From the NCBI GenBank assembly GCA_963699155.1, contig OY969414.1, positions 2,335,327 to 2,399,326 of the forward strand: 64,000 nucleotides of DNA, in the 5' to 3' direction. Of this stretch, positions 1-10,116 are shown piece by piece. The stretch comes from an uncultured Chlamydiales bacterium (GTDB taxonomy: Bacteria; Chlamydiota; Chlamydiia; Chlamydiales; JAAKFR01). The position numbers and the translations under genes were made by a program. Position 1 is the stretch's first letter, and every line of letters starts with the position of its first letter. Under the pieces are notes generated by a model. That model did not search any database, was not told the origin of the DNA, and saw only the letters and a list, made by a program, of their open reading frames with translations.

Positions 1-1290
1 CTCTTTGGTGACATCACCGATGACCGCTAAGCCCCCACACATATCCCCATAAAGAGTCATATAGCCCATGCCCATTTCACTCTTATTCCCAGTGCTGAGT
101 AAAAGATAGCCATACTGGTTTGAAAGTGCCATCAGCAGAGTTCCGCGGATACGGGGTTGTAAATTCTCTTCAGTCAGACCACGCACTTTTTCCCCAAAAA
201 CGGGCTTTAGGGTATCTAGAAAGGCTTCGAATGGCTTTTCAATAGAGATGACCTGGAAAGAGATTCCCAAATTGTCAGCCACCTGTTTGGCATCAGATAG
301 ACTGTGCTCTGAGGAATAGAATGAGGGGAGACCGAAAGTAACCACATTTTCTCTGCCTAAAGCCTCCCGGGCAATTGCAGCCACAACAGCGGAATCGATC
401 CCACCCGAAAGCCCTAGACAGGCCTTGTTCCATCCCAATTTGTTAAAATAGTCTTTGAGTCCTAAGACAAGTGCTTGGAAGAGATCGGCTATCGCATCGA
501 ATGGAAGGTCGACCGGCTCCCTTTTTTTATCGAGATCGACGAGCAGGAGCTCTTCTTGAAATCCCTGAGCATACTGGAAAAGAGCTCCTTTCCCATCGAC
601 AGCGAGGCTGTAGCCATCAAAAATGAGGCTATCATTCCCTCCAATCTGATTACAGATCAAGACGGGGCAATCCAACGTTATTGCCGCTTTTTGACAGACT
701 GTTAATCGAGTTTGCTGTCTCAAAAAGTAGTAGGGAGAGGCGGAAAGATTCACAAGAAAGGCCGGCTTTTCTCTTTTCAATTCTTCGATGGGATCGCGCG
801 GATAATTGGCATACTCAACAGCTCCTGCATGATGCCAAATGTCCTCACAGATGGTCACGCCTACACGTTCTCCTGACAAATTCCAGACCCTAGTTGAGCT
901 ACCTGGCTCAAAATAGCGGCGCTCCGAAAAGACATCGTAGGTAGGCAGAAGGAGCTTATCTTGATAACCGATCAGCACACCATCCTCGATCAATGCGGCC
1001 GAATTAAAGAGGTTCTTTTCCCCCGCATGGGGATTGCGCCGCACACAACCGAGGACGACTGAGATTCCTTGCGCCGCGTCCACAACCTTTTCAACAGCTA
1101 GAGTCGCCGCATCGATAAAGCTAGGCAGCAGGAGAAGGTCCTCAGGTGGGTAGCCAGTAATTGCTAACTCAGGAAAAACGACCAGCTCGGCCCCGCGAGC
1201 CCGAGCTTCAGAAATATAAGAGACAATTTTTTCTACATTATACTCTAAATCGCCGATGATCGGATTTATCTGAGCTAAGGCCACTTTCAT
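1..1290 (-). CDS. nadE: glutamine-dependent NAD+ synthetase (3' end outside window)
   Basis: Manual translation from ATG at 1290: MKVALAQINPIIGDLEYN...VFPELAITGYPPEDLLL (nitrilase domain), later LGLSGGIDSAV (NAD synthetase PP-loop). The frame runs off the window edge. Confidence 0.93.
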   Translation of the reverse strand, partial: MKVALAQINPIIGDLEYNVEKIVSYISEARARGAELVVFPELAITGYPPEDLLLLPSFIDAATLAVEKVVDAAQGISVVLGCVRRNPHAGEKNLFNSAALIEDGVLIGYQDKLLLPTYDVFSERRYFEPGSSTRVWNLSGERVGVTICEDIWHHAGAVEYANYPRDPIEELKREKPAFLVNLSASPYYFLRQQTRLTVCQKAAITLDCPVLICNQIGGNDSLIFDGYSLAVDGKGALFQYAQGFQEELLLVDLDKKREPVDLPFDAIADLFQALVLGLKDYFNKLGWNKACLGLSGGIDSAVVAAIAREALGRENVVTFGLPSFYSSEHSLSDAKQVADNLGISFQVISIEKPFEAFLDTLKPVFGEKVRGLTEENLQPRIRGTLLMALSNQYGYLLLSTGNKSEMGMGYMTLYGDMCGGLAVIGDVTKE

Positions 1291-1308
1291 TTCCTGCCTT
1301 ATACCACG

Positions 1309-1821
1309 TTGAATTTTAAAATGACTCTCTTTATCCTTTCTGGCATGGCTCAACCTGCTCGCGTTGGATTTGAATCTCGCAACTGTTTCTGTCTCTGGTC
1401 CTCGGGCCAACACACCCCCAGTGTCATCAAAGCCATCGAAGATAACCACAAGACCTACCTTCACCCTCTTTGGGAGAAAGCCCATTTCTTCGTCGTCGTC
1501 GAAGGAGAGGAGGGCAAAACGCAATTTTCTTTCAGCCGCATCCTCTGGTCGCTCCTATCCTATCCTTGCGGCATGTTCGCTTACCTAATCGACACGATCG
1601 TTAAAACCACCCTCCTCATCGGCAATTTCATCTATTGGCTTGTCTCGCTCACCTGCGGTGATCCCAGCTGGAGCCAAAACCGAACGATCCTCCTGCTCGA
1701 CACATTAGCCTCAGTTGGCATCAGCATCGTCGGCATCATCGCCCCTCCCCTCGCCTACCGCCTCGACACACTCTCCAAAGACCACTTTGTTGCCTGGGCT
1801 AACAATCCTAGTAACCTATAG
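1309..1821 (+). CDS. hypothetical membrane protein (start probably ATG ~1345)
   Basis: 170-aa ORF with two hydrophobic segments; no recognised family. Confidence 0.6.
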   Translation: MNFKMTLFILSGMAQPARVGFESRNCFCLWSSGQHTPSVIKAIEDNHKTYLHPLWEKAHFFVVVEGEEGKTQFSFSRILWSLLSYPCGMFAYLIDTIVKTTLLIGNFIYWLVSLTCGDPSWSQNRTILLLDTLASVGISIVGIIAPPLAYRLDTLSKDHFVAWANNPSNL

Positions 1822-2822
1822 CTTGCGTCCAGATTCAACGCAAAGGCGCTAAGACGCAGAGTCGCAAAGAAAGAAGAGGCGCTTCGCGTACCCTTCTTCA
1901 CCCTCTCCAAAGACCACTTTGTTGAGTGGGCCAACAAACCTGTTAGCGTATAGCTCTTCTGACAGATTCAACGCAAAGACGCAGAGTCGCAAAGAAAGAA
2001 GAGGCGCTTCGCGTACCCTTCTTCACCCTCTCCAAAGACCACTTTGTTGAGTGGGCCAACAAACCTGTTAGCGTATAGCTCTTCTGACAGATTCAACGCA
2101 AAGACGCAGAGTCGCAAAGAAAGAAGAGGCGCTTCGCGTACCCTTCTTCACCCTCTCCAAAGACCACTTTGTTGAGTGGGCCAACAAACCTGTTAGCGTA
2201 TAGCTCTTCTGACAGATTCAACGCAAAGACGCAGAGTCGCAAAGAAAGAAGAGGCGCTTCGCGTACCCTTCTTCACCCTCTCCAAAGACCACTTTGTTGA
2301 GTGGGCCAACAAACCTGTTAGCGTATAGCTCTTCTGACAGATTCAACGCAAAGACGCAGAGTCGCAAAGAAAGAAGAGGCGCTTCGCGTACCCTTCTTCA
2401 CCCTCTCCAAAGACCACTTTGTTGAGTGGGCCAACAAACCTGTTAGCATATAGCTCTTCTGACAGATTCAACGCAAAGACGCAGAGTCGCAAAGAAAGAA
2501 GAGGCGCTTCGCGTACCCTTCTTCACCCTCTCCAAAGACCACTTTGTTGAGTGGGCCAACAAACCTGTTAGCGTATAGCTCTTCTGACAGATTCAACGCA
2601 AAGACGCAGAGTCGCAAAGAAAGAAGAGGCGCTTCGCGTACCCTTCTTCACCCTCTCCAAAGACCACTTTGTTGAGTGGGCCAACAAACCTGTTAGCGTA
2701 TAGCTCTTCTGACAGATTCAACGCAAAGACGCAGAGTCGCAAAGAAAGAAGAGGCGCTTCGCGTACCCTTCTTCTTTGTGTCTTTGCGCCTTTGCGTCTT
2801 TGCGTTGAATTTTGATACAGAC
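1771..2822. repeat. 125-bp tandem array (7 near-identical copies plus 1 diverged first copy) inside a palindromic REP-like element
   Basis: Unit starts at 1901, 2026, 2151, 2276, 2401, 2526 and 2651, with one SNP near 2448. Left arm attcaacgcaaag..acgcagag..caaag pairs with the terminal right arm ctttgtgtctttgcgcctttgcgtctttgcgttgaat. Confidence 0.95.
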
Positions 2823-2824
2823 TC

Positions 2825-4129
2825 TTAGGAGCCGAAGTCGTCGAGGACGATGTTTTCGCGGGGGACGCCGTAGTCATCGAGGAGTTTGAGGATGCTGGAA
2901 TTGTGGAGGGGCGGCCCGCAGACGTAGTAGAGGCACTCTTCAGGCTCCTCCATCTTTTTGAGCTGGCCACTCTCGAAGGCACGGAAGAGGAAGTTGGTTT
3001 TGACGGGATCCCCTTTTGGCCAGCCCGCTGCGAGGTCTTCGGGAAGTGGCTCGGAGAGGACGAGGTGGTAGCGGAAGTTGGGATGTGTGCGGTCGAGCCG
3101 TTCATATTCTTCCTGGTAGATGTTCTCTTTTAATGAGCGGGCGCCATACCAGAAATCGACCTGACGCTTGGTTTTTTCGGTCTCAAAGAGATGGAGGACA
3201 TGGCTTCGACCGAATGAGGAGCCGGCCCCTCCGATCAAAAAGATGAGAGGCCGCTCATCGTTGATCATAAAGGATTCCCCATAAGGTCCGGAGAGTCTGA
3301 CTTTATCCCCCGGCTTGAGACCGAATGTGTAACTGGAGCAGATCCCCCAGGGCACTTTTTCCATCATCTGTCCCTTAATAAAGGGGGGTGTCGCAATCCG
3401 GATGTTGAATTTGAGAGTGCGCCCCTCAGCGGGGTAGGAGGCCATCGAATAGGCGCGGATCACCTCTCCCGAAGCTATGTGGCTGAAGTCGATCGCCTGA
3501 CCGAATAGGCGAAACTTTTCCCAATCTGGGTGAAATTTGGGATTCATCGTCCCTTTCCACTCATTCGTATGGGTTTTAAAGCTAGGCACATGAAACTGGA
3601 GATAGCCACCTGAGCGGTAGGGGACCTCTTCGCCTTCCGGCAATTCGACAATCAATTCTTTGATAAAGGTGGCGACATTTTCATTACTGAGAACCTTCCC
3701 ATGCCACTCTTTGACAGTCAGATATCTCTCTTCGACATGGAGATGGAGATCATGCTTGACCTTCAACTGGCAGGAGAGGCGCCACCCCTCTTTCAGCTGC
3801 TGCTTGGTGAAGGTCGCTTTATCGGTTTCAAGCGGCTCTTCTCTACCCTCAAGAATTTGGAGACGGCACTGCTTACAGGTCGCCTTGCCCCCGCATGGAG
3901 AGGGCACTGGGATCCCTTCCTTCGTTAACGCTGATAAGAGCGTTTGGCCCCCAGCAACTGTTTTGCATAGCTTCGGATCTTCATTGATCTGAATGGTGCA
4001 GGGTGCCGTGCGGACCAGCTTGCGTTTAGTGAAGAGGATCATGACCGTCAAGATGAGACAGATAGCGACAAAGGCCAATATGGCTGTCGAAATCAGAATG
4101 AGACCTTGAGGCAGCTGCGCTAAAAACAT
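2825..4129 (-). CDS. nqrF: Na+-translocating NADH:quinone oxidoreductase subunit F
   Basis: N-terminal TM, 2Fe-2S motif CGGKATCKQC...RLSCQ, FAD motif RAYSMASYP, C-terminal YYVCGPP and LDDFGS. Confidence 0.97.
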   Translation of the reverse strand: MFLAQLPQGLILISTAILAFVAICLILTVMILFTKRKLVRTAPCTIQINEDPKLCKTVAGGQTLLSALTKEGIPVPSPCGGKATCKQCRLQILEGREEPLETDKATFTKQQLKEGWRLSCQLKVKHDLHLHVEERYLTVKEWHGKVLSNENVATFIKELIVELPEGEEVPYRSGGYLQFHVPSFKTHTNEWKGTMNPKFHPDWEKFRLFGQAIDFSHIASGEVIRAYSMASYPAEGRTLKFNIRIATPPFIKGQMMEKVPWGICSSYTFGLKPGDKVRLSGPYGESFMINDERPLIFLIGGAGSSFGRSHVLHLFETEKTKRQVDFWYGARSLKENIYQEEYERLDRTHPNFRYHLVLSEPLPEDLAAGWPKGDPVKTNFLFRAFESGQLKKMEEPEECLYYVCGPPLHNSSILKLLDDYGVPRENIVLDDFGS

Positions 4130-4215
4130 GGAGTAAAGTTATAGCTTGAGTGTGAATTTCTATTCAACTCGGCTTCCCTTTTTGGTATGATGGACACTAA
4201 AAAAAAAGGTTTCCA

Positions 4216-6015
4216 ATGGAAGGAACGATCAAAATCCATAGCGAAAATATTCTGCCCATCATCAAAAAGTGGCTCTATTCCGACAAAGATATTTTTGTTC
4301 GGGAGCTTGTCTCCAATGCGTGTGATGCCATTTTGAAATTACGCACACTCAGCGATCAGTCTCAAGAGTGGCGAATTGATATCCAGATCGATCCCGAACG
4401 AAAAACGATCACTTTCTCCGATAATGGCATCGGAATGACGGGGGAGGAGGTTGAAAAATATATTGCTCAGATCGCCTTTTCCGGGGCTGAGGATTTTGTC
4501 AAAAAGTATCAGTCCAACAAAGAGGAGGATCAGATCATCGGCCACTTTGGTCTCGGATTTTATTCTGCCTACATGGTCGCTAAGAAGGTCGAAATTCAGA
4601 CGCTCTCCTTTGAAGCGAACGCACAGCCCGTTTACTGGCGCTGTGAAGGAACGGCAAGCTATACACTCGCTGTGGGTCAGAGGCAAAGCAGGGGCACCGA
4701 TGTGATTCTCTCCCTGGCTCCTGAAGAGGAGGAGTATCTCGATCTGACAAAAATGCGCAAGATTTTGTCCTATTACTGCAGCTTCCTCCCCTATCCGATC
4801 TATCTCAATGGAAACCGGATCAACGAACATCCCCCGCTCTGGATGAAATCACCTTCTGACTGTACCGAACAGGAGTATCTCACCTTCTACCGCCACCTCT
4901 TTCCCGGCGAGGCTGACCCTCTCTTTTGGGTCCATCTCAATGTCGACTACCCCTTTCACCTCAAAGGGATCCTCTATTTTCCACCGATCGCTCACGAACG
5001 CGAGCTAAAAAAGGAGAGCATCAAGCTTTTCTGCAACCGCGTCTTTGTTTCCGACAACTGCCGCGACCTTCTTCCCGACTATTTGACGATCCTGCGCGGC
5101 GCCATCGACAGCCCCGACATTCCCTTGAACGTTTCCCGCAGCTACCTGCAGATGGACCGGACTGTCCGCCAACTGGGGAGCCATATTTCGAAAAAAATTG
5201 CCGACCGTCTCTCCTCACTTTACCAGAATGAACGGGAGAAATTTCTCTCCTACTGGGAAGATATCGAATTGATCATCAAGTTTGGTGCGCTTCAAGATGA
5301 AAAATTTTACGAAAGAGCCAAAGAATTTCTCCTCTATAAAACGATCGAAAAAGAGTGGACCACACTCGAAGAATATCAGCTGCGCCACCCGAGCCAAACC
5401 ATTTACTACACAGCTGAAGAGGGCCATTTCCTCGATCTCTACCGTGAAAAGAAGATCGAAGTGCTCTGGATCCGCGGGACGATGATCGACCAGGCCCTGC
5501 TCCAGATGCTGGAGAAGAAGGTGGGTGCGCAGTTCAAACGAGTCGATGCCCACATGGATGAGCAGATTCTCGATCCCAGCAAAGAGAAAACTCTCTTAGA
5601 TGCCGAAGGGAGGAGCGAATCGGCTAAAATCGCCGCCTTTTTTAAAAAGAAATTGGGTCTTGAAGTGGAGGTAGAGGCGAAAAGTTTGGCATCATCATCA
5701 GTGCCCGCCTTTCTCCTCTTGAAAGAAGAGGAGCGACGGCTCCGTGACTCCTTGGCTTACCATGGCCGTAAAGAGTTTAAAGAGATGGGAGCCTTTATCA
5801 AACCGATCTTCGTCATCAATACCAATAGTCGCCTGATCCAAGCGATTCCTGATGTGGAACGATCAGACCCCGAATTGGCCTCCAAGATCGCACGTGAGGT
5901 CTATGATTTAGCTCTCCTCTCTCAAAGAGAGATGGAACCGGAAGGGCTCGCCGCCTTTATTTCGCGCAGCACATCGGTTCTAGAAGAGCTAGCCGTTAAA
6001 TGGGCAAAGCAATGA
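4216..6015 (+). CDS. htpG: molecular chaperone HtpG (Hsp90)
   Basis: LYSDKDIFVRELVSNACDA, DNGIGMT, IIGHFGLGFYSAYMV, DIPLNVSRSYLQ. Confidence 0.97.
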   Translation: MEGTIKIHSENILPIIKKWLYSDKDIFVRELVSNACDAILKLRTLSDQSQEWRIDIQIDPERKTITFSDNGIGMTGEEVEKYIAQIAFSGAEDFVKKYQSNKEEDQIIGHFGLGFYSAYMVAKKVEIQTLSFEANAQPVYWRCEGTASYTLAVGQRQSRGTDVILSLAPEEEEYLDLTKMRKILSYYCSFLPYPIYLNGNRINEHPPLWMKSPSDCTEQEYLTFYRHLFPGEADPLFWVHLNVDYPFHLKGILYFPPIAHERELKKESIKLFCNRVFVSDNCRDLLPDYLTILRGAIDSPDIPLNVSRSYLQMDRTVRQLGSHISKKIADRLSSLYQNEREKFLSYWEDIELIIKFGALQDEKFYERAKEFLLYKTIEKEWTTLEEYQLRHPSQTIYYTAEEGHFLDLYREKKIEVLWIRGTMIDQALLQMLEKKVGAQFKRVDAHMDEQILDPSKEKTLLDAEGRSESAKIAAFFKKKLGLEVEVEAKSLASSSVPAFLLLKEEERRLRDSLAYHGRKEFKEMGAFIKPIFVINTNSRLIQAIPDVERSDPELASKIAREVYDLALLSQREMEPEGLAAFISRSTSVLEELAVKWAKQ

Positions 6016-6386
6016 CCATCGAACTGGGTTTTAGCAGTGTCATCGGCTACTACTCCCCATCAGATATCGAATCAATCCCTGACAGCGGCTTCAAAAGATT
6101 TCTCATCTTTCACAATGTGATGAACCTCGCCGGCACCTGCCTGAGCCCCCTTGTGGGCTTGATCCGAGCGCTTGTCGCTGCTATCACTCTCTACTTTTAC
6201 AATAAAAAATTCCCCGCTGCCACTGATCCTACGATCAAAAATCGGCAATTTTTCCTCATGGCAGAAATGGCGCGTGGAGGCCTCGAGGTGCTCGGATTAG
6301 GAACTCTTTTAGGGATTATCGATATCGTCGTTTCTTTAAACCGCTATCAGCTGCTCTGTTTCGATACGGCAAGTAAATCGCATTAA
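6012..6386 (+). CDS. hypothetical membrane protein
   Basis: ATGA overlap with htpG stop; two hydrophobic stretches. Confidence 0.6.
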   Translation: MTIELGFSSVIGYYSPSDIESIPDSGFKRFLIFHNVMNLAGTCLSPLVGLIRALVAAITLYFYNKKFPAATDPTIKNRQFFLMAEMARGGLEVLGLGTLLGIIDIVVSLNRYQLLCFDTASKSH

Positions 6387-6419
6387 TGAAAAATTGACTT
6401 TGATGATATAATTTTTCTT

Positions 6420-7463
6420 ATGTCATCTAGTTCCATTCAATCTTTCTGTCATGCGCACTGGGAATCAGACAAGTGCGAACGAGCGAAGTCTGTTACAGCA
6501 ACGATTGGAGCCGCTTTGGCTGCCATAATGGTTATTGGTGCCATTCTGCTCATTTTAGCTCAGAAAGGCTACTCTTTGGGGGCAATCAATACTCTCTCCC
6601 GATCGATCGCTGCCTATGGGCTCTACCTCACACTTGGCTGTGGGATTGTCACACAGATCCTGACCGGCCTCCATCTCGCTCCTAAGATCACTCAATGCAT
6701 CAAGAAAGAGAGTCCAAAAGAATTTGTGGAAAATAGTCAAAGCCGGCAATTGCGCGAAGAGTATAGGATCGATGCCCTTCTTGGTGCGGAAGTGGGCAAT
6801 TTTTGGAAAAAATCCGCTGAGGGTCAAGAATATCTTTTCTACTGTAGGGAAAGAGGCAAAGTCGAGGTAAAGCTCGCTTTACCAACTGATACGGTAAAAT
6901 TTTTCCAATCCTTTGATCATACCCGCGATGTAACAGATCCGAAAGAATATCCTGAGGCCTTGGCCACCTCATTTTCTCAACAGCTGAGTAGAGATGCTCT
7001 GATCCAAAGCAATATCTACTTAAAAGAAGGCGAATATGTGCTTCTCCATCATGCTACAGGTAATTCCATCTATCCACACATCTACGTTCGCCTGGAAAAG
7101 AATCAGCAAGGAACATTCAGCTGCGACTATTTTGCAAAAGAAAATTTGGCACGCACGAGCCTGAGGAACCTGAGCAATGGTTATCAAAGATGGCAAGCCT
7201 TGCAGGAGTATGGCCCTCCAAAGAAAAAATTGTCCTCAGAGGTCATCGCGCGACTCAATACGAAGTTTACAATGCCTACTCGTCAAGAGAATGAATACAA
7301 AATCTTTAGAATCGATCTCTTTTTTGCCGTGATTGTTTCCCAGTATGACACTCTATATTGCTACTACGACAGCAAAGAATACAAACAAACGGTGGAAAAA
7401 CTAAAGACAATGGCAGGATCCACAGAAACGATTACAAGCTATCCCTCAGTCAAAGAAATATAA
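6420..7463 (+). CDS. Inc-like protein (N-terminal bilobed hydrophobic domain), paralog of 7539..9623
   Basis: Ser-rich N-terminus; hydrophobic hairpin ...ILLILAQKGYSLGAINTL...; shares YPEA..GEY..YF block with the neighbouring gene. Confidence 0.65.
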   Translation: MSSSSIQSFCHAHWESDKCERAKSVTATIGAALAAIMVIGAILLILAQKGYSLGAINTLSRSIAAYGLYLTLGCGIVTQILTGLHLAPKITQCIKKESPKEFVENSQSRQLREEYRIDALLGAEVGNFWKKSAEGQEYLFYCRERGKVEVKLALPTDTVKFFQSFDHTRDVTDPKEYPEALATSFSQQLSRDALIQSNIYLKEGEYVLLHHATGNSIYPHIYVRLEKNQQGTFSCDYFAKENLARTSLRNLSNGYQRWQALQEYGPPKKKLSSEVIARLNTKFTMPTRQENEYKIFRIDLFFAVIVSQYDTLYCYYDSKEYKQTVEKLKTMAGSTETITSYPSVKEI

Positions 7464-7538
7464 GAATTTCTTTCTTTATACAAAATTAACCACTTTTTTC
7501 TATAATCCTCCTTTTAAAACGTCACAAGGGGTTTTTGC

Positions 7539-9623
7539 ATGTCATCTCAACCGGTTTCTCGTTCCGAGCAGAGCAGCTGTTTGTCTGCTGAAAATTGCAC
7601 ACGACACAAAAATGGGGGTGCGACCATCGTCGTTGCCTTAACGACCATCGCTCTCATGGGGAGTTTCCTTCTGCTGCTTGCCCAAAATGGGTATAATCTC
7701 GCAGGGATCAACGCGATCGCCAAATTGATCGATACAAAATGGATCTTCCTCTCTATCGGTATTGCCAGCACCATCCTCCTCCTCGATGCAGCCTACATCG
7801 CTTTCCGCAGCTTTAAATCCCAGAAAACTGAAGAGCAAAATCAGGGACCATCCGCTCCACACACCCCGATAAGTTCCACTCCATCTACTCCACCGACTCC
7901 TTCTACTCCACGAAGAGTAACTTCACCCGAGAGAGAGTCGCCTCCACAATCCCCCTTCCGCCCTGCAGCTACAGTCGCTGAACGAAAGAAAGCGGCCCAA
8001 GAGGCCCATGAAGTTGTCTCCCTTCGTGAAGTGGTTGCGACACAAAAACTGGCTGAAATTAACGACAAGAAATTTGTCTGGCCCTGTAAGATCAACTCTT
8101 CTCATTACCTGATCGTGGGCACTGAGTTAGACGCACCTGTCAAATTTGATTCTATAGAGGAGCTCGTAGAGGCGCTCAATACAACCTATTCTGAGTTCGT
8201 CAATGAAAAAGCAAGACGATATACTGATGGCCGCCACTTGGAACTTCTGCTCTCCCCTGGTGAATTCTCTGCCGTTTTAGACGATGAGATAGTCTATCTC
8301 TTCACAAATGAAGAAGGCAAACTCAAGTGTGTACCGACAATTGATAAAAAAATGGCAGAGAGTGTAGGCGCGAAAATCCATGTCAGAACTAAAACATTCT
8401 ATCCTGAAGCTTGGGTGGTCGCCCACAGAAATGCTCTTTCCACACAAGAGTTGAGCAAGAAGCACCCTCTTGAAAAAGGTGAATATCAATATCTTGGAGA
8501 GAGAAGTCTTCCAGATCCCTATTCCGGAATCCATATCCTTCAGGTGAGAAAACTGGACGGCGCTTTTGAAACATTCTATTTCAAAACTAAAGATGACGCA
8601 CAGCAAAAGCAGCAAGAGTTGACGAAGGCAAATTTCACCGATGTTCAAGCCCGTGACGCCGCGACCAAATATATCGGAGCACATCTGCTTGATCTCTACA
8701 TTACGACACCCAATGAGTACTGGCTAGAAGATAGTGCTATGCGGGTCTATTATCGAGAGGGTGGAAAAGTCGTTTGGGAAGTAAGAGAAAACCCTATTAA
8801 ACTCGATGAGTTCTTAACCAGCAAAGGTCTGACAAAACAGGTCGGACTTGAGGATGAGTATCCAGAAGCCATAGTGAGCAAGCTTAAGCCAGAGCTCGCT
8901 GCAAAAGAGTTGCTGAAACGCACATTCTGCTCAAGCGGCGAATTTGAGCATTCACTTGAACAGCTTGGCCACCTCATCTACAAGAAAGTCTGGATCATCA
9001 TAGAGAAAAAAGCAGATGGCACCCCAGCCGTTCACTACTTTAAAGCTCAAGAGGCTGCAAGTCAATATGCAAACACATTAACATCTCCTAATTGCCAAAG
9101 ACGTGTCAACGCTCTTAAAGAGTATGTTGAACGGGCAGGCGCCCCGATTTATGATGCTCAATCCTCATGGACGGTGAGAAAATCTCTTCTTTTCACTTTT
9201 GAGCAATCCGACGGTTCAGGATCTATCTTTATTGGTGCGTGGTCAGCGACAAGAGTCACTGCTTTTGGTGCAGCAGATCCACTCTTTGTTCCCAAAGAAG
9301 AGGTTCAGAAAAAATTGAGAGGAGAATACAAGGATTATCAAGTGATCAGCGAGAAGGATCTTCTCAATCGCCCACTCGATCAGAAAGAGGTGGATTACAT
9401 AAAATCTAAAATGGACCTCTCTCACAAACACTACGATATGAAAGAGAATCAATATAAGAGTGTTGACCTTGGGCCTTACACCATTCTTGGCATGCGCAAG
9501 GGTTCAGCAGATTGTGAATTTGAATATTATCGCAAAGGTAGTGAAGCATTTACAAAGAAATTAGCTGAGCTACAAACTGCAGCTTATGTAAAGAAAGATA
9601 AAGGCAGAAGCTTCCTGAAGTAA
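7539..9623 (+). CDS. Inc-like protein with Pro/Ser/Thr linker and internally repeated domain
   Basis: FLLLLAQNGYNLAGINAI hairpin; TPSTPPTPSTP linker; two YPEA-type repeats. Confidence 0.65.
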   Translation: MSSQPVSRSEQSSCLSAENCTRHKNGGATIVVALTTIALMGSFLLLLAQNGYNLAGINAIAKLIDTKWIFLSIGIASTILLLDAAYIAFRSFKSQKTEEQNQGPSAPHTPISSTPSTPPTPSTPRRVTSPERESPPQSPFRPAATVAERKKAAQEAHEVVSLREVVATQKLAEINDKKFVWPCKINSSHYLIVGTELDAPVKFDSIEELVEALNTTYSEFVNEKARRYTDGRHLELLLSPGEFSAVLDDEIVYLFTNEEGKLKCVPTIDKKMAESVGAKIHVRTKTFYPEAWVVAHRNALSTQELSKKHPLEKGEYQYLGERSLPDPYSGIHILQVRKLDGAFETFYFKTKDDAQQKQQELTKANFTDVQARDAATKYIGAHLLDLYITTPNEYWLEDSAMRVYYREGGKVVWEVRENPIKLDEFLTSKGLTKQVGLEDEYPEAIVSKLKPELAAKELLKRTFCSSGEFEHSLEQLGHLIYKKVWIIIEKKADGTPAVHYFKAQEAASQYANTLTSPNCQRRVNALKEYVERAGAPIYDAQSSWTVRKSLLFTFEQSDGSGSIFIGAWSATRVTAFGAADPLFVPKEEVQKKLRGEYKDYQVISEKDLLNRPLDQKEVDYIKSKMDLSHKHYDMKENQYKSVDLGPYTILGMRKGSADCEFEYYRKGSEAFTKKLAELQTAAYVKKDKGRSFLK

Positions 9624-9638
9624 AGAGAATTAACTGAA

Positions 9639-9664
9639 GCTCCCTCGCGGAAACGCGAGGGAGT
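9639..9664. terminator. hairpin between convergent genes
   Basis: gctccctcgcg-gaaa-cgcgagggagt; no clear U-tract. Confidence 0.6.
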
Positions 9665-9674
9665 TGTGCAGTTG

Positions 9675-10061
9675 CTATTTTGAGTTTTCTGGCTCTTCTT
9701 TCTGCTCTTCTTCTGTGAGCTCTTCTTTCGGCTTCACTTCAGAGATAGCTGCTTTCATGAATTCCAGTTTTGAACCGTCGACCATTTTGACGATCACCGT
9801 CTGATCTTTGATACGGTCGATGGTGCCGACGATACCCATGGCGGTGACTCTATCGCCCTTCTTCATGGCACCCCGTTTCTGTTCCATCGCTTTGCGCCGT
9901 TTCTGTTCTGGGCGCCAGAGGATGAAGTAGAAGAAGACGATCGCGATGGCGATCATAATCAAGGTTTGCCAGAAAGAGCTCTGACTTTTCACAGCCTCTT
10001 CTTCTGCAAGCAAGGGCAGAGAGGCGGTCAGCATGAGCAAACACATAAGACATTTTTTCAT
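9675..10061 (-). CDS. yajC: preprotein translocase subunit YajC
   Basis: FYFILWRPEQKRRK...KKGDRVTAMGIVGTI; ATG at 10061 with upstream aagga; synteny with rlmD/hctA. Confidence 0.93.
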   Translation of the reverse strand: MKKCLMCLLMLTASLPLLAEEEAVKSQSSFWQTLIMIAIAIVFFYFILWRPEQKRRKAMEQKRGAMKKGDRVTAMGIVGTIDRIKDQTVIVKMVDGSKLEFMKAAISEVKPKEELTEEEQKEEPENSK

Positions 10062-10116
10062 AGTTATCCTTTGGATAAGAGTAATGTCGTGAATATAGCA
10101 GATTGGGTGAAGGATT

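Noticed and set aside
1771..1953. DGR template/variable repeat pair
   Set aside because: Differences are not restricted to adenines (e.g. gcc/gag, gct/gcc, cta/gta) and there is no reverse transcriptase in the window.
1771..2822. CRISPR array
   Set aside because: Units are identical end to end, so there are no unique spacers, and no cas genes are in the window. The same applies to 40044-40390 and 43307-43555.
4130..4215. CIRCE operator upstream of htpG
   Set aside because: No TTAGCACTC-N9-GAGTGCTAA match.
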